Source of the DNA: Octopus bimaculoides
Lineage: Eukaryota
Assembly (NCBI RefSeq): GCF_001194135.2
Contig: NC_068987.1
Span: 2,223,316 to 2,287,315, forward strand
Reading direction: 5' to 3'
Length of the DNA: 64,000 nt
The notes under the pieces: generated by a model
Databases searched by the model: none
What the model was told of the DNA's origin: nothing
What the model saw: only the letters and a program-made list of their open reading frames with translations
Made by a program: the position numbers and the translations under genes
In this document: piece by piece, positions 52,209-64,000 of the stretch
How the letters are laid out: every line of letters begins with the position of its first letter
How positions within the stretch are numbered: position 1 is the first letter of the stretch

Positions 52209-52827
52209 TTCTTGCTCAAGGACACAACGCGTCGCAGGGATTTGAACTCACGACCTTACAATCGTGAGTCGAATACCCCTAACCACTAAGCCACGCGTCT
52301 TCACATGCCACTCTTTCTGCATGTTACATTAACAATACCTGTATATATGAAATATTCAGTCACTATCACTATAATTCAATGAATCGTAGTTCATCGACGG
52401 AGGATCCTTTTTACTTTTTTTTATATTTATATTTACAGTGACATTTAAGAGAATTATATGGGAAGGTGGTTGTTGTCATAATGGCAGTGGGAATAGTGGT
52501 GGTGTTGGTGGCAGTGGGAACGGGGTGGGTGCCGGTATTGGTGGTGGTGGTGATGGTGGCGATGGAGTTCTATTCCAGCAACTGTTATTGTAAGGAAGAA
52601 AGGTAAAGAAGCAGGAAAAGAATTTGCTTCAGCAGCTGCCGGTGCTGCAGACGACGATGATGATGATTTTGATGATGATGAGGAGGAGGAGGAGGAGGGG
52701 GATGATAATGATGTTGATGATGATGTGGGAGGGGTGATTGTTGGTGAATGTGGTGGTAGGAGGAGCGATGAATAGTATATCAACCAGGACTACAACAACA
52801 ACGACAAAGAGGTGGTCGACGGGGACT

Positions 52828-52881
<54 letters not shown>

Positions 52882-53801
52882 TCTACGGCAATGGCGGTAG
52901 TGGTGGTGGTGGAGGTGCGGCGGTCGTGGTGATGGTGGTGTTGGTGGTTGCGGTGGTGACAGACAGACAGAGATAGACCAAAGCAACGTTCTAGTTTGAG
53001 CTTGGTTTAAATAGCTAATCGTTAGAAGTTCTCTTCCAGGGGAGAAAGATTCGAATGCTTTTTTAACCATTAATGATGAGAGATCATCCGACTGTAGGAC
53101 GTGTTAGAATAATCTCCTTTATATATATGTAAACGAAAAGCGAATACTAAATTATATACATCTGATCAATATTTATAGCAAAGGCTTTAAAAACACAAGA
53201 TTTATCTATAAATTTTTTTCAGGTTTGTTTATGCATTCAGTGTTGCGCATAAAATATTTATTATTTAAATATGACATGCATAGATACATAGAATAAAAAT
53301 AAAGCAAAATATGGCGAAATTTCGTTTTGTGATTGATTTAAATAGCGATTTGGTATAAGTTGCTGTCGTCAACGGTTTTCATGGAATAATTATCTTTAAA
53401 TTTCTGATCAACAAAATATGGAAACGTGTTTATTTTTCGTTTTTTTAATTTTTTTATTTATGTGTTTCAGCCAAGTGGCTGCGGTCATGCTGGTGCACCA
53501 GATTAACAAAATATATTTATTCGTCTTTCTGTCTGTCTGTTTATCTATCTATCTCTCTGTTTTTCTATGTATTTGCCTCCCTCCCTCCTTACCTACCTAC
53601 CTACCTACCTACCTACCTACCTACATAACTACCTATCTATCTATATATCTATCTATGTCTTTTTTTATTCATCTCTCTATATTTATGGGTGTCTGTCTAT
53701 CTCTGTGTCTGCATATCTATTTATCCATCCGTCTCTCTCTCTTTCTCTCCCCCTCTCTTTCTGTATCTATTTATCTAGCTATCTAGCTATCTACCTAGCC
53801 A

Positions 53802-53838
<37 letters not shown>

Positions 53839-54019
53839 AGATTTTAAGCCTTCCTTTTGAAACATATCTTTGAGTGTGTGTGTGTGTGTGAATGTAGGTA
53901 TGTCTAAGTATAGCTGTGTGTGTTCCTTTATTAGAGATACGCATTGGACTGTGGCCAATATACATATGTATATTAAATCCAAGATATTCTACATTCCAGA
54001 CAAAATAAATATTCATAAA

Positions 54020-54351
54020 TTGATCTCGGTCAGAAGAATTCTGACCAGACCGTAAATATTCAGTTGTTCAATCAACTCTACATTTAACGTATATGTGGCC
54101 GAGTACTCCACAGTCGTGCGTACCATTACTGTATTTCTCAAGAGAAATCCGAGTGATACTGCATAACGATGTTACACCTTTAATTTACCGGTATATTCCA
54201 TCTCGTGGGTTTCTATATCCTGTACCCCTTTATCCGATTTCGATGGCAAGACATGGTCGATTTAAGGCAGCAGTAAAGATGCTGGTGAGTGGAATCGAAT
54301 CCAGGATCTCATGATTGCGAAGCTAGCTTCTTACCTTTATAGCCATATTGC
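54020..54351 (-). mobile_element. Chimeric old SINE: family A-like head plus family C-like 3' domain
   Basis: Minus head TATGGCTATAAAGGTAAGAAGCTAGCTTCGCAATC..GATTCGATTCC. GTGGCCGAGTACTCCACAG (54095-54113) matches the family C domain. Confidence 0.5.
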
Positions 54352-54419
54352 AACAGCAAATAGGAGGAATGCACCATACTGTATTTAGTACATAAGACAT
54401 AGATAGGTAGGTAGGTAGG

Positions 54420-54453
<34 letters not shown>

Positions 54454-55583
54454 TCCAACAGGGGTAGAATCAACAAAAACCGTACTTCGTCTTGTGAATG
54501 ATAAAATCAATTTAATACAAAACCGAAAGCGCTACCTATAGTCTCAGGCTTTTACGATACTTTAACTGGGCATATTTATAAAATACGCTCTGTACCTCCA
54601 AGAAATCTTTTAGGTTCTGCTTATGTGTTAGATATATTTTCAAAACAAGGACACTGAACAGTGAGAAAATACAAAAAAAAAAAAAAAAAAGACGTGAATA
54701 AACCTGAAAAAAATGTGAAGAAGTTTGATGCAAAAATTGGAACGTGAAGAAATAAAAGAGAGTCAGAAAACTAAGATGGTCGTCCTCCTTGACTGCAGAA
54801 ACCATATTAAATACAGCTGGTATAGAAAAGAAAAACATAAGAAAATATGACGTCATTGCAGCAGTGACTTACCAGAACGAGTGACTGGTTTCACCCTACT
54901 TAGTTTTTATCAATGCCTCGATAATTGTCCTTACCAATTGTCTGTCAATTGGTAAGGTGAAATTCGTGTTTTGATATGCGGGGAACTAAATAATACTTTC
55001 AGTAGAATTACGAAAAGCATGCCGAATTGCAAAAACAGAAACATCAGATCATGCATGTATAATCACTACTGCGGTTTTCTATGACAACATACACAAACTC
55101 AAAGATTTCGTTAATCGCCACTACATCGGTGTTAAAAACGCTAACAGCAATATCAACTGCAACAATCTATCCAAAAGCATAATATTTTCTGTCTGTTTCT
55201 TTCACTGGGAAGCGTTTCCACAAACAATATTAACACTAAGCTAATACGGTAATGTGTTGAGATGAACTCATTTGCTAGTATCAGCGATAATTGGCACGTG
55301 ATGACAGATCTACGTAAAGGCATGACAAAACTGATAGCAGCAATGGCGTGAAGACGTGTTAAATGCTGCGCTCTGATGGTGATAATGGTTGCTAGAAGGG
55401 GGTGGGAGTGGAACAAGGGTTATATTTTAATTTTTCGTCTCTCATATGTACACACACACACACACATACACAAAAGCAGACGCGCGCGCACCAACACGTA
55501 TAGAAATAAACGAACATTTCTATACATAGGCACATGAATATCTATCAATAATCTTTTACCTTCTGTCTCTCTCTTTCTCTCTC

Positions 55584-55627
<44 letters not shown>

Positions 55628-56323
55628 TATTTCCTCCTATGTTCTATATACTCTGGGAACGTATTAAAGCCCTTTTCGGGGCTATTTTATTTGAATTCTT
55701 AGTATCGGGTAACTAATTTCATGTTATTACATAACTGGTTTCACAATTTGGGTTTTCATAACTTATTGGGAATTCCTAAAAACAAGATCCTGTGTAAGAC
55801 AGTTCAGTATTCTCTGTAAATGCACAAAAGCCGTTTTAAGGGCTAAATACTTTGTATTGTTGTTATTGGATTACAAATCGAATGCTCGACCGACACTAGA
55901 TCTGATTACAAACAATCTTTGGCCTCCAAATGGAAACAGGACCTGGCTGTGTGGAATTGATTGATAAAGCAAGGAAGTATTCCAGAGCAGATGTTCGGTC
56001 GATTTCGTAGAGTGTTCGACAAAATACGTCACCGTCTTTGTTCTGCTGTGGTGACCTTGTCTGTATCGAGTGGAACAAATATTTTTATGAAAAACACGTA
56101 AGAAGGAAGAAGCCAGCTATGGAATTACCCAAGATAATTCCATGAACATTTCTGTGCAACGCGGTGGTTCCTATTCATGGTAATTCTTTAAACTCTCAAT
56201 GCCCCCCTTAGGACCCCCGCACATCGCCGGCGACAAGATGTGTACTTTTAACTTGTAATCCAGTGATAAACGCATACCTCATACACTGTGCCATCTGCGA
56301 CACACATTGAAATATTTTAGCTG

Positions 56324-56359
<36 letters not shown>

Positions 56360-56978
56360 TGGCATCGCTCCTGCAGTTCTTGTGTTCTTTTTGCGAAGAA
56401 ATAGTTTGTGGTGATTCCTCGTTCATCAAAGATGCCGTTAATTGTAGCGACGTGTTGCGCCAGAAAACAATTTAACTATTACACAGATCATTTCACGAAT
56501 GTAATTCATTATAAACAATATAAATTGTTAGATATGAAGAGAAATACGTTTGGCAAGAGGGAATTTTTTGATAAGAAATCTGAGAGATGTGATAAGTCGG
56601 ACGAAAGGCTTGGTTCGGTTGAAGCAAGACTTAAATAACGATTTTGATGAAGTCGAAACAACTGTTAGGAAGAAAGGCGTAAAGTCGACACTACAGCAAT
56701 TGCTACTGCACCAAATGTTAATACAAGGGAAGGCATACGTGTTTCATTAGAGGCATACTAGAATTACATGTGCATACATATACGCACATACATACGCGCA
56801 CGCACACACTCATGCGAACACACTCACGCATACATAGTTGTGTGTGCGTGTATACGTTTCAATGGTTGTGCATGAATATATATATGGATGTCTGTACATA
56901 TGCATACTTGTACATGCGTGCATATATGTGTGTGTATAAGTACTTATTTGTATATGTATGTAAGGATATATATAAATA

Positions 56979-57025
<47 letters not shown>

Positions 57026-57271
57026 CATATATATGTATATGTATATATCTATATATACACATGCATACATATNNNNNNNNNNNNNNNNNNNNNNNNNNNN
57101 NNNNNNNNNNNNNNNNNNNNNNNNNNNNNNNNNNNNNNNNNNNNNNNNNNNNNNNNNNNNNNNNNNNNNNNNNNNNNNNNNNNNNNNNNNNNNNNNNNNN
57201 NNNNNNNNNNNNNNNNNNNNNNNNNNNNNNATACATATGTGTATACATATATGTGTGTGTGTGTGTGTGTC

Positions 57272-57311
<40 letters not shown>

Positions 57312-58717
57312 CGGTGCTTACTGGGTGTTAATGAACAAATCTGTACCGAGTTATGACTGTAAAATAATATAAGACTTCTCGATAGACGTCAAGTTTTAAC
57401 TTTCTCTTGTAGTCCCACAAACAGCAGCAACATAGCAGATTCTCTTGATAAAAAGACTGGCTTTGCTTGTTGCTGTAACTTGCAATGGTTGTGGCAGGGA
57501 ATTGCTGACGGTTTCTCGACCATGTCCGGGTCTTAGTGTTCAGAGTCGGGTGAGAAGTGCCGTCTCGTGGCAGTGTCTTGTCAATCAAAAGAAATCATAT
57601 TTCTGCATTGTCAGGCGTCATTAGGACACTCGAGTACAGTATGTGCTCCAGCTAGGCCATCAATGCCAGTTGCTTCATGCAAGTCGTAGTCTACCATTTA
57701 TAGAGCTATGAGACGACGGTTGCAGGTGTTTAGACGTTGACCAGTTGACATGGCTCACTGATCATTCAGCCTGAATTGGCGACGGTACATTTTGGCACTG
57801 GAGGCAAGTACACACACACATACGCGCGTAGTGGTGGGCAGATAGATACATAGCAATTTATTATTTGAAAGCGTTTGCCATAAACACTTTCCCTCTTCCC
57901 GTACACATAAAAAGAAACGTGCTTATTCACATAAACACAAACATACACAGAAGAGAGAGAGAGAGGAAGAGAGGAGGAGAGAGGAAAATAAAGGGAGTGA
58001 AACACATAGAGAGAGAGAGAGAGAGAGGTGGTAAAACGTCAAAGAAGGGAGAAGTTTTAAAACGGCTGAAGTCAAATAAGTCAGCGTCAAATCAGGGAAT
58101 CCGGTGAAAAAGTAACTTGCTGGTTTACAGCCTCCCTAAAAGGAGACCCTGTATGAGGCCTTAAATAAACACAAGTGTCTGATGTGAGACCCCCAACGTC
58201 AATGACGACAGCATTAGATTCGTTTTACGATGGTGAATGAGAAAGTATTTAATTAACATATATGGTATCCAACGTAATTAATATATTTTGGAATGCGTTT
58301 ATCTAATCATCTAAGCAATTCTCCTCGTATTTTTGTGCTTTCATAAATATTTTACAAAAATTATGTATTTCGGTAAATTGAATATTTGCTTATGACACTT
58401 GCTTGCCTTTAAACAAAGCCACAAAACAATCTTGGTTTCTTTCTCATTTTCTGACGAAAGACAAGCCTCCGAAACGTTACATACTGTACCTCACTTCACT
58501 CTTCTACAAATTCTCCTATTAACTAAATGATACCTTTGCTATATTGTTCTGATTGTTGTTTTCGCCTTCTTTGGTTATTTTTCTTTAGTTTGCTTTCCAC
58601 CGAAATAATTTGTAAATTATTACATTTATGGTTTCATTTCATTCAGAATCCATTTCAACACAGGTATTGGAATCCATCAAGATTCTATAGGTGTGTGTGT
58701 ATGTCTGTGTGTCTGTG

Positions 58718-58754
<37 letters not shown>

Positions 58755-58913
58755 GCATACATATATATATATATGCAATATATTATATATTATGTATGTA
58801 TATTATATCATGTATATACACACACATGTATATATATATTAAGAATTTCTCAACTTGTCAAACCCCCGAGTTTCTGACTTTTAAGCGAATAAGGGAGTAG
58901 AGAGAAGAGAAAG

Positions 58914-58964
<51 letters not shown>

Positions 58965-60263
58965 GGGAGAGAGGGAGAGAGGNNNNNNNNNNNNNNNNNN
59001 NNNNNNNNNNNNNNNNNNNNNNGGGGGGGGGGTGAGGTTTGCCTTAAATTAGTATTTTAGTTAAAATATATCCCCCTCACTCTTGGAAATAGCTTGAGTT
59101 CTAGGAATTGTATTCAGTGAAGAACACCCCCAGTGTTTTGACAATTCTAAATTCTTCAAGCTACTTGACAACCAACACATTTGGCCCTCAAGTATATATA
59201 ATTTCTCCTCTTGAATTCCGACACTTCTAAGATACTCCAGATTAAGAAAGTTATGTTTACCCTTATAAAAGTTTTGTATATTTTTAATGCATTCTTCTCT
59301 TGGACGATTTATGCTTCGGAATGAAATAGCAAAGTACTGGGGTTCCAGCGTGTTCTGAGTCTTTAAAAACTTGGAGGAGATATGTATGGGTTATTAGGCA
59401 TTCTTAAGTATAACAGAACAATTTCACCCCTGATTGGAACATGGCATATGGCATATGGCATATGGCTGATAAAGGAAGTGCAAAAGAGTGAGAATGAAAA
59501 TAGCGAAAGAAAAATGTAGAACGAGAACAAATGTTGGAGACAGCACAAAAATATAATATAATATGTCAAGAAGAAATTCTAAGATGCACTTTCCAACATT
59601 TCGGGTCGCCTGAAGACATTTTCGGAATGTAATACACATGTGTAATATTATCTGATAATTCATTACTTGATAATATTGTATTTGGTAATATTTGATTTGG
59701 AGCCGGTGGCGGGGGTGGAAGCCTAGGTAAAGCGCCGGACAGAAAATGTCTTGATGGTATAAAATTGGCATCAGTTTAAGTTTGAAGTTTTGAGTTCAAA
59801 TCCCGCAGGTATTAATTATGCTGTATATTTATTAATTTTTCATCATAATCGTTGCATTAATCACCAGTGAAGTAATAGTAAGTCATAAATTATTTATATA
59901 TTTAGTAACATTGGTAGATTATTAAATTCTGTGAGGCACCGGTTTTATTTATGGATGTCATTTATATACAATATCCTCGGCTGCCAATACTAGGAAAGAA
60001 TACCCCATTTGATATTTTAATTATTATATAGATAGATTGATAGATAGATAGGGGTCCGCTAAATATGAACTTGGTGCTAGAGGTAGCAATACCCACAGAC
60101 ATGTTGCGTTCTCAAATGAAATATTTTGTTGGAAATGTAATAATATTTATATCGCAAATGATATTATAATAAATAAAATACATGCACTGAATGAGAAGTA
60201 TTGAGTACTTTATCTTTGGTTCATGATGACGCTTACAAATTGTAACATAATCATGTTTATATT

Positions 60264-60433
60264 GGTGTAAGTCGTGTTGCGTGGTAAGTAGTCTGTCTCC
60301 CAACCACATAGTTCTGGGTTCAGTCCACTGCATGGTTACGTGGCATGTTAGGCAATGTCGTCTGCTATAGCCCCGAGCAGAGCAAGGCCTTGTGAGTGGA
60401 GTTGGCAGACAGAAAGGGGGGAAAAAACCGTTG

Positions 60434-60434
<1 letters not shown>
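60264..60434 (+). mobile_element. Older SINE family A, 5' half
   Basis: GTGGTAAGTAG..CCAACCACATAGTTCTGGGTTCAGTCC..GGCCTTGTGAGTGGA. Confidence 0.8.
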
Positions 60435-60470
<36 letters not shown>

Positions 60471-60494
60471 GTATGTATATGTTATTTGTTCGTC

Positions 60495-60750
60495 TATTCT
60501 TAAACTTGTTTGTCATTTGAATGCGGCCATGCTGGAGCACTGCTTTTAAGGGTCTTTTAGTGTAACACATCGACCCCAGGACTTATTCTTTGTAAGCCTA
60601 GTGCTTATTCTATTGGTCGCTTTTGCCGAACCGCTAAGTTACGGGGACGTAAATACACCAACACCGGTTGTCAATCGGTGGTGGGAAAACAAATACAGAC
60701 ACAAGGACACACATATGTATATATNNNNNNNNNNNNNNNNNNNNNNNNNN

Positions 60751-60782
<32 letters not shown>

Positions 60783-60934
60783 TTATACGACGGCTTCTTT
60801 CAGTTTCCGTCGACCAAATCCACTCACAAGGCTTTGGTCGGCCCGAGGCTATAGTAGAAGACACCTGCCCAAGGTGCCACGCAGTGGGACTGAACTCGGA
60901 ACCATGTGACTGAAAAGCAAGCTTCTTACCACAC
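60495..60934 (-). mobile_element. Younger SINE family A, near full length
   Basis: Close match to other family A copies from the tail through the central (TA)n to the head. Confidence 0.9.
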
Positions 60935-60990
60935 GTGTGTGTGTGTGTGTGTGTGTGTTTGTGTAGGTTTGTATATATAGTTATGTATGC

Positions 60991-61122
60991 GCGTCTTTGT
61001 GTTTGCTCTCCGACACGGTGTTGGTTTGTTTACGTCCCTGTAATCAAGCGGTTCGTGAGAAAGTTTAAAAATAGGTGATGCCCCAGCATGTCCGCAGTCT
61101 AATACCTCAAACAAGTGGAATA
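60991..61122 (+). mobile_element. Older SINE family A, 3' half
   Basis: GTTTACGTCCCTGTAATCAAGCGGTTCG..GCCCCAGCATGTCCGCAGTC..AAACAAG. Confidence 0.7.
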
Positions 61123-61222
61123 CATACTTACACACGCAAACACACACACATATACATACACTTACATATGCATATAGATAGATATATGTTTGCATGTGTA
61201 TGTGTATATAAAAGTGTTTGTG

Positions 61223-61299
<77 letters not shown>

Positions 61300-62262
61300 C
61301 TACATATATGTGTGTGTATGTGTGCGTGTATGTTTATAAATACAGAGAGAGAGAGAGGAAGAGAGAGAAAGAAAGAGAGATACATGTCAGTTGATACGGG
61401 AGCTAAAATAAAGCACAATACTTCTAGAAATACAATCGTTATCAGATTATCAGCTAATCAGACAGATTAAATATGAAATTGTTCAATCTAGCCTATACAA
61501 AACAAATAAAAAGAGCAGTAGCATTGCTGCTGCTGCTGCTGCTGCTGCTGCTACATATACTTCTAGTTCTGCGATTGATGATGATGACGAAGATGATGAT
61601 GATACCGACAACAACAATATCATATTGGTTAAGTAACGCAGACGAACAATAAAAGACGATGTTCAGCAACGAAGAACAAGACAAAAGACACAATTCAGCA
61701 GTTGTTAGCGTTTTTACAGCGAAACATGAAACATGAACCATGAGGCCGGGCTATATTTAAACGTTGGTCCTGTGTACACAAAGCATTTCTGACGTAAGAG
61801 AAAGCTCAACAGACTATTGGGTTTTACGTGGAAATCTTAGAATCTCGAGTTGACGTTTCGAGACAGCTGTCTAAGGAATGACCTTCAAGACAACGAAAAG
61901 TCGAATCATTTACTGCATCTGTCACGCATGGAGTGGAGTGGGGAACAAAAACAAAAATAAAAAAACACAAACAAACAAAAACATTCCACAAACATCGATG
62001 GTAATTCTTACCTTCTAAGTAGATTCTTCCTGTTTCGGAATATATTTCATCTCGCCATCTTACTCTTTGTCTATTTCCTCTCTCTCCCCTGCTACGTTTC
62101 TTTCTTTCTTTCTTTCTTTCTCCATCTCTTTCTCTCAATATATATCTTCATGCATATACTTATGTATGTATATGTATGATTGTTTTTATGTATACGCACA
62201 TATATGTACATAGTTATATATAAGTATATACGGGTATACGTGCATGTATATATGCGTATGTG

Positions 62263-62315
<53 letters not shown>

Positions 62316-63724
62316 GTATGAATGTATGAACGTATGAATGTATGTAAATGTAAGTATTTGTCCAATTCTCTGCTTTTCTTTAACTTCCTCTTCTCCCTCA
62401 CCGTTGGCACGTACTCGCATTTTTCTTTTTCATTTTCTGCACCATGTGTATATACAAATACATACACTCATACACATACACGGACGAACAAACACGCACA
62501 TGCATCCGAACCTATACAAACATTTATATGCTAGGCATACTTTTATTTATTTATTTATATATATATACGCACACACACGAATACATATATATATATGTGT
62601 GTGTAGACAAATATATGCGACTATGTATGTTTGTATATATATATATATATGCATATGTATGTATATATATATATGTATATGCTATATAAATATGCATACC
62701 TACATACACACATACACACATACACACATGCATACATACATACACACATACACACATACACACATGCATACATACATGCATACATACATACATACACACA
62801 TTCGGTTGTTAAATGTATTTCAAATGTTTTCACTTAGTCGTCTATAAAGGAAAGAAGGGCGAACTCAATAAGTGTCCATGGGTAATTCTAAATATCCGAA
62901 TAACAAATGAGTTTATAAAAGCCGACGCCGTCAATTTTAAAGAAGTTAAAGAGATTGATGGTGAGGCGACGACAAATAATATTGGCGTAGCGAAGATGAT
63001 ATTGTGAAATTTTGGCGTACAAAATTCTCTAGCGAAGAATATATATATGTGAAGTGGTAAGGACAATAATTGACTTGGGATAACAACAAGTAATTAAATT
63101 GGTTATTATTTATAGGTTAATGAGGGAATGAGAAAGGGATTATAATGGAATAAGTCAGATTAGAGTAAGAGGCGGGACTAAGGGATTATAGAAAGAGGAA
63201 TAAAGCTGTAAATCGAACCGATAAATAGGAAGGAAGGAATTTATATGTAATATAGCTTAATCGAAATGTGCGTTGAATAATTAGTTAAATCTGGTCAGGC
63301 GAATAGAGAGTAATTTTAGTGTTTAGAAGAAATTTATAGGACAAAAATTTTACAATAATCTTGTGAGGAATGTTCTGGAGTTGAACGTGGGATAAGAAAA
63401 ATTATGGATTAATGTGAATAATAAAGGAATAAATTAAGAGGTTGAAAATGTTTCAAAAGTCTCATATGTTTTATGTATGCAAGGAATTCAGATAAGAATT
63501 TTTTCAATGTTATGTCTGGATTTTTCCCAAGCTTTTGAGAGACCAAAAGGGACACGGTATCGAAATTTTGATGAAGAATTTGGCGTTAGAGATTTAACAG
63601 TTGGAATAGCGGTATATAAATGTATGTATTTTTGGCACCCTGCATCTTGGAAATTAATTTCCAGCAGGGTACCGGGGTGGGTTTTTTTCTTTTAATCTTT
63701 GTAAAGGGGACTTTATCTTTCATG

Positions 63725-63845
63725 TCTTTTTACTTGTGTCAGTCCTAAGACTGCGGCGATGATGGTGCACCGAGTTGACGGGGTTTTAGTCGACCAAGTC
63801 TGGTACTTATTCTAGCAGTCTCTTTAACCGATCCGCTAAGTTTTG
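63725..63845 (-). mobile_element. SINE family A 3' tail fragment
   Basis: TTTTACTTGTGTCAGTCCTAAGACTGCGGC..CCGCTAAGTT; the hairpin CAGTC/GACTG is retained. Confidence 0.7.
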
Positions 63846-64000
63846 TGTTATAAGACTGCGACCACGATTTATATATACTCTCAAAACATGCGTGTATATA
63901 TATATGAATATAAATATATATATGCATAAATGTGTATGTGTGTGTGTGTAAGTATTATGCCTGTATGCATGCATCTACGTATGTATTCTCATTAGTTCAA

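Larger units (their letters stand above)
51821..52304 (-). mobile_element. Hybrid SINE (family D-type head and CORE-like domain, family C-type 3' domain), interrupted at 52036-52208
   Basis: Head GTGAAGACGCGTGGCTTAGTGGTTAGGG..GAGTTCAAATCCC. The CORE-like segment rejoins across the insert as AATAAAGT|TTCTTGCTCAAGG. The 3' domain aligns to 15638-15810. Confidence 0.85.

Noticed and set aside
61850-61895. Minus-strand GAAACGUC preceded by the palindrome AGACAGCUGUCU, resembling a hammerhead 3' half
   Set aside because: No CUGANGA core next to the stem and no helix I.
63020-63470. Purine-rich AT-rich stretch considered as a NUMT or PLE ORF remnant
   Set aside because: No sustained frame or recognisable motif.
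63505-63630. LDFSQAF resembling the RT motif LDFSKAFD
   Set aside because: Only one short motif with frameshifted, weak flanks; not supportable without a profile search.

Overview
Eukaryotic, AT-rich, microsatellite-saturated, gap-ridden draft scaffold. The repeat landscape suggests a coleoid cephalopod (octopus-like); this taxon call is inference. I recognise no host protein-coding gene. The ORF track is mostly microsatellite and N-gap artefact, and the only recognisable coding sequences are decayed retroelement fragments: a Penelope-like GIY-YIG endonuclease, a CR1/L2-group ORF2 3' end, two R4/Dong-type 3' ends and an RTE 3' end. There are many copies of at least four tRNA-derived SINE families (labelled A-D here), a pogo/Tigger-like MITE and a hAT-like MITE. 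The most interesting signal, which the ORF track cannot show, is a set of type I hammerhead-ribozyme motifs in short non-coding elements resembling Penelope pseudo-LTRs. One at 544-649 (-) is fully foldable, one at 12625-12772 (+) is a decayed relative with the same 3' architecture, and one minimal motif at 52117-52160 (+) is nested inside a SINE. Other notable points are a SINE/LINE pair sharing a covarying 3' hairpin, two R4/Dong elements in one (TAA)n tract, modular SINE domain swapping, close inverted SINE pairs and clustered perfect CRE sites.
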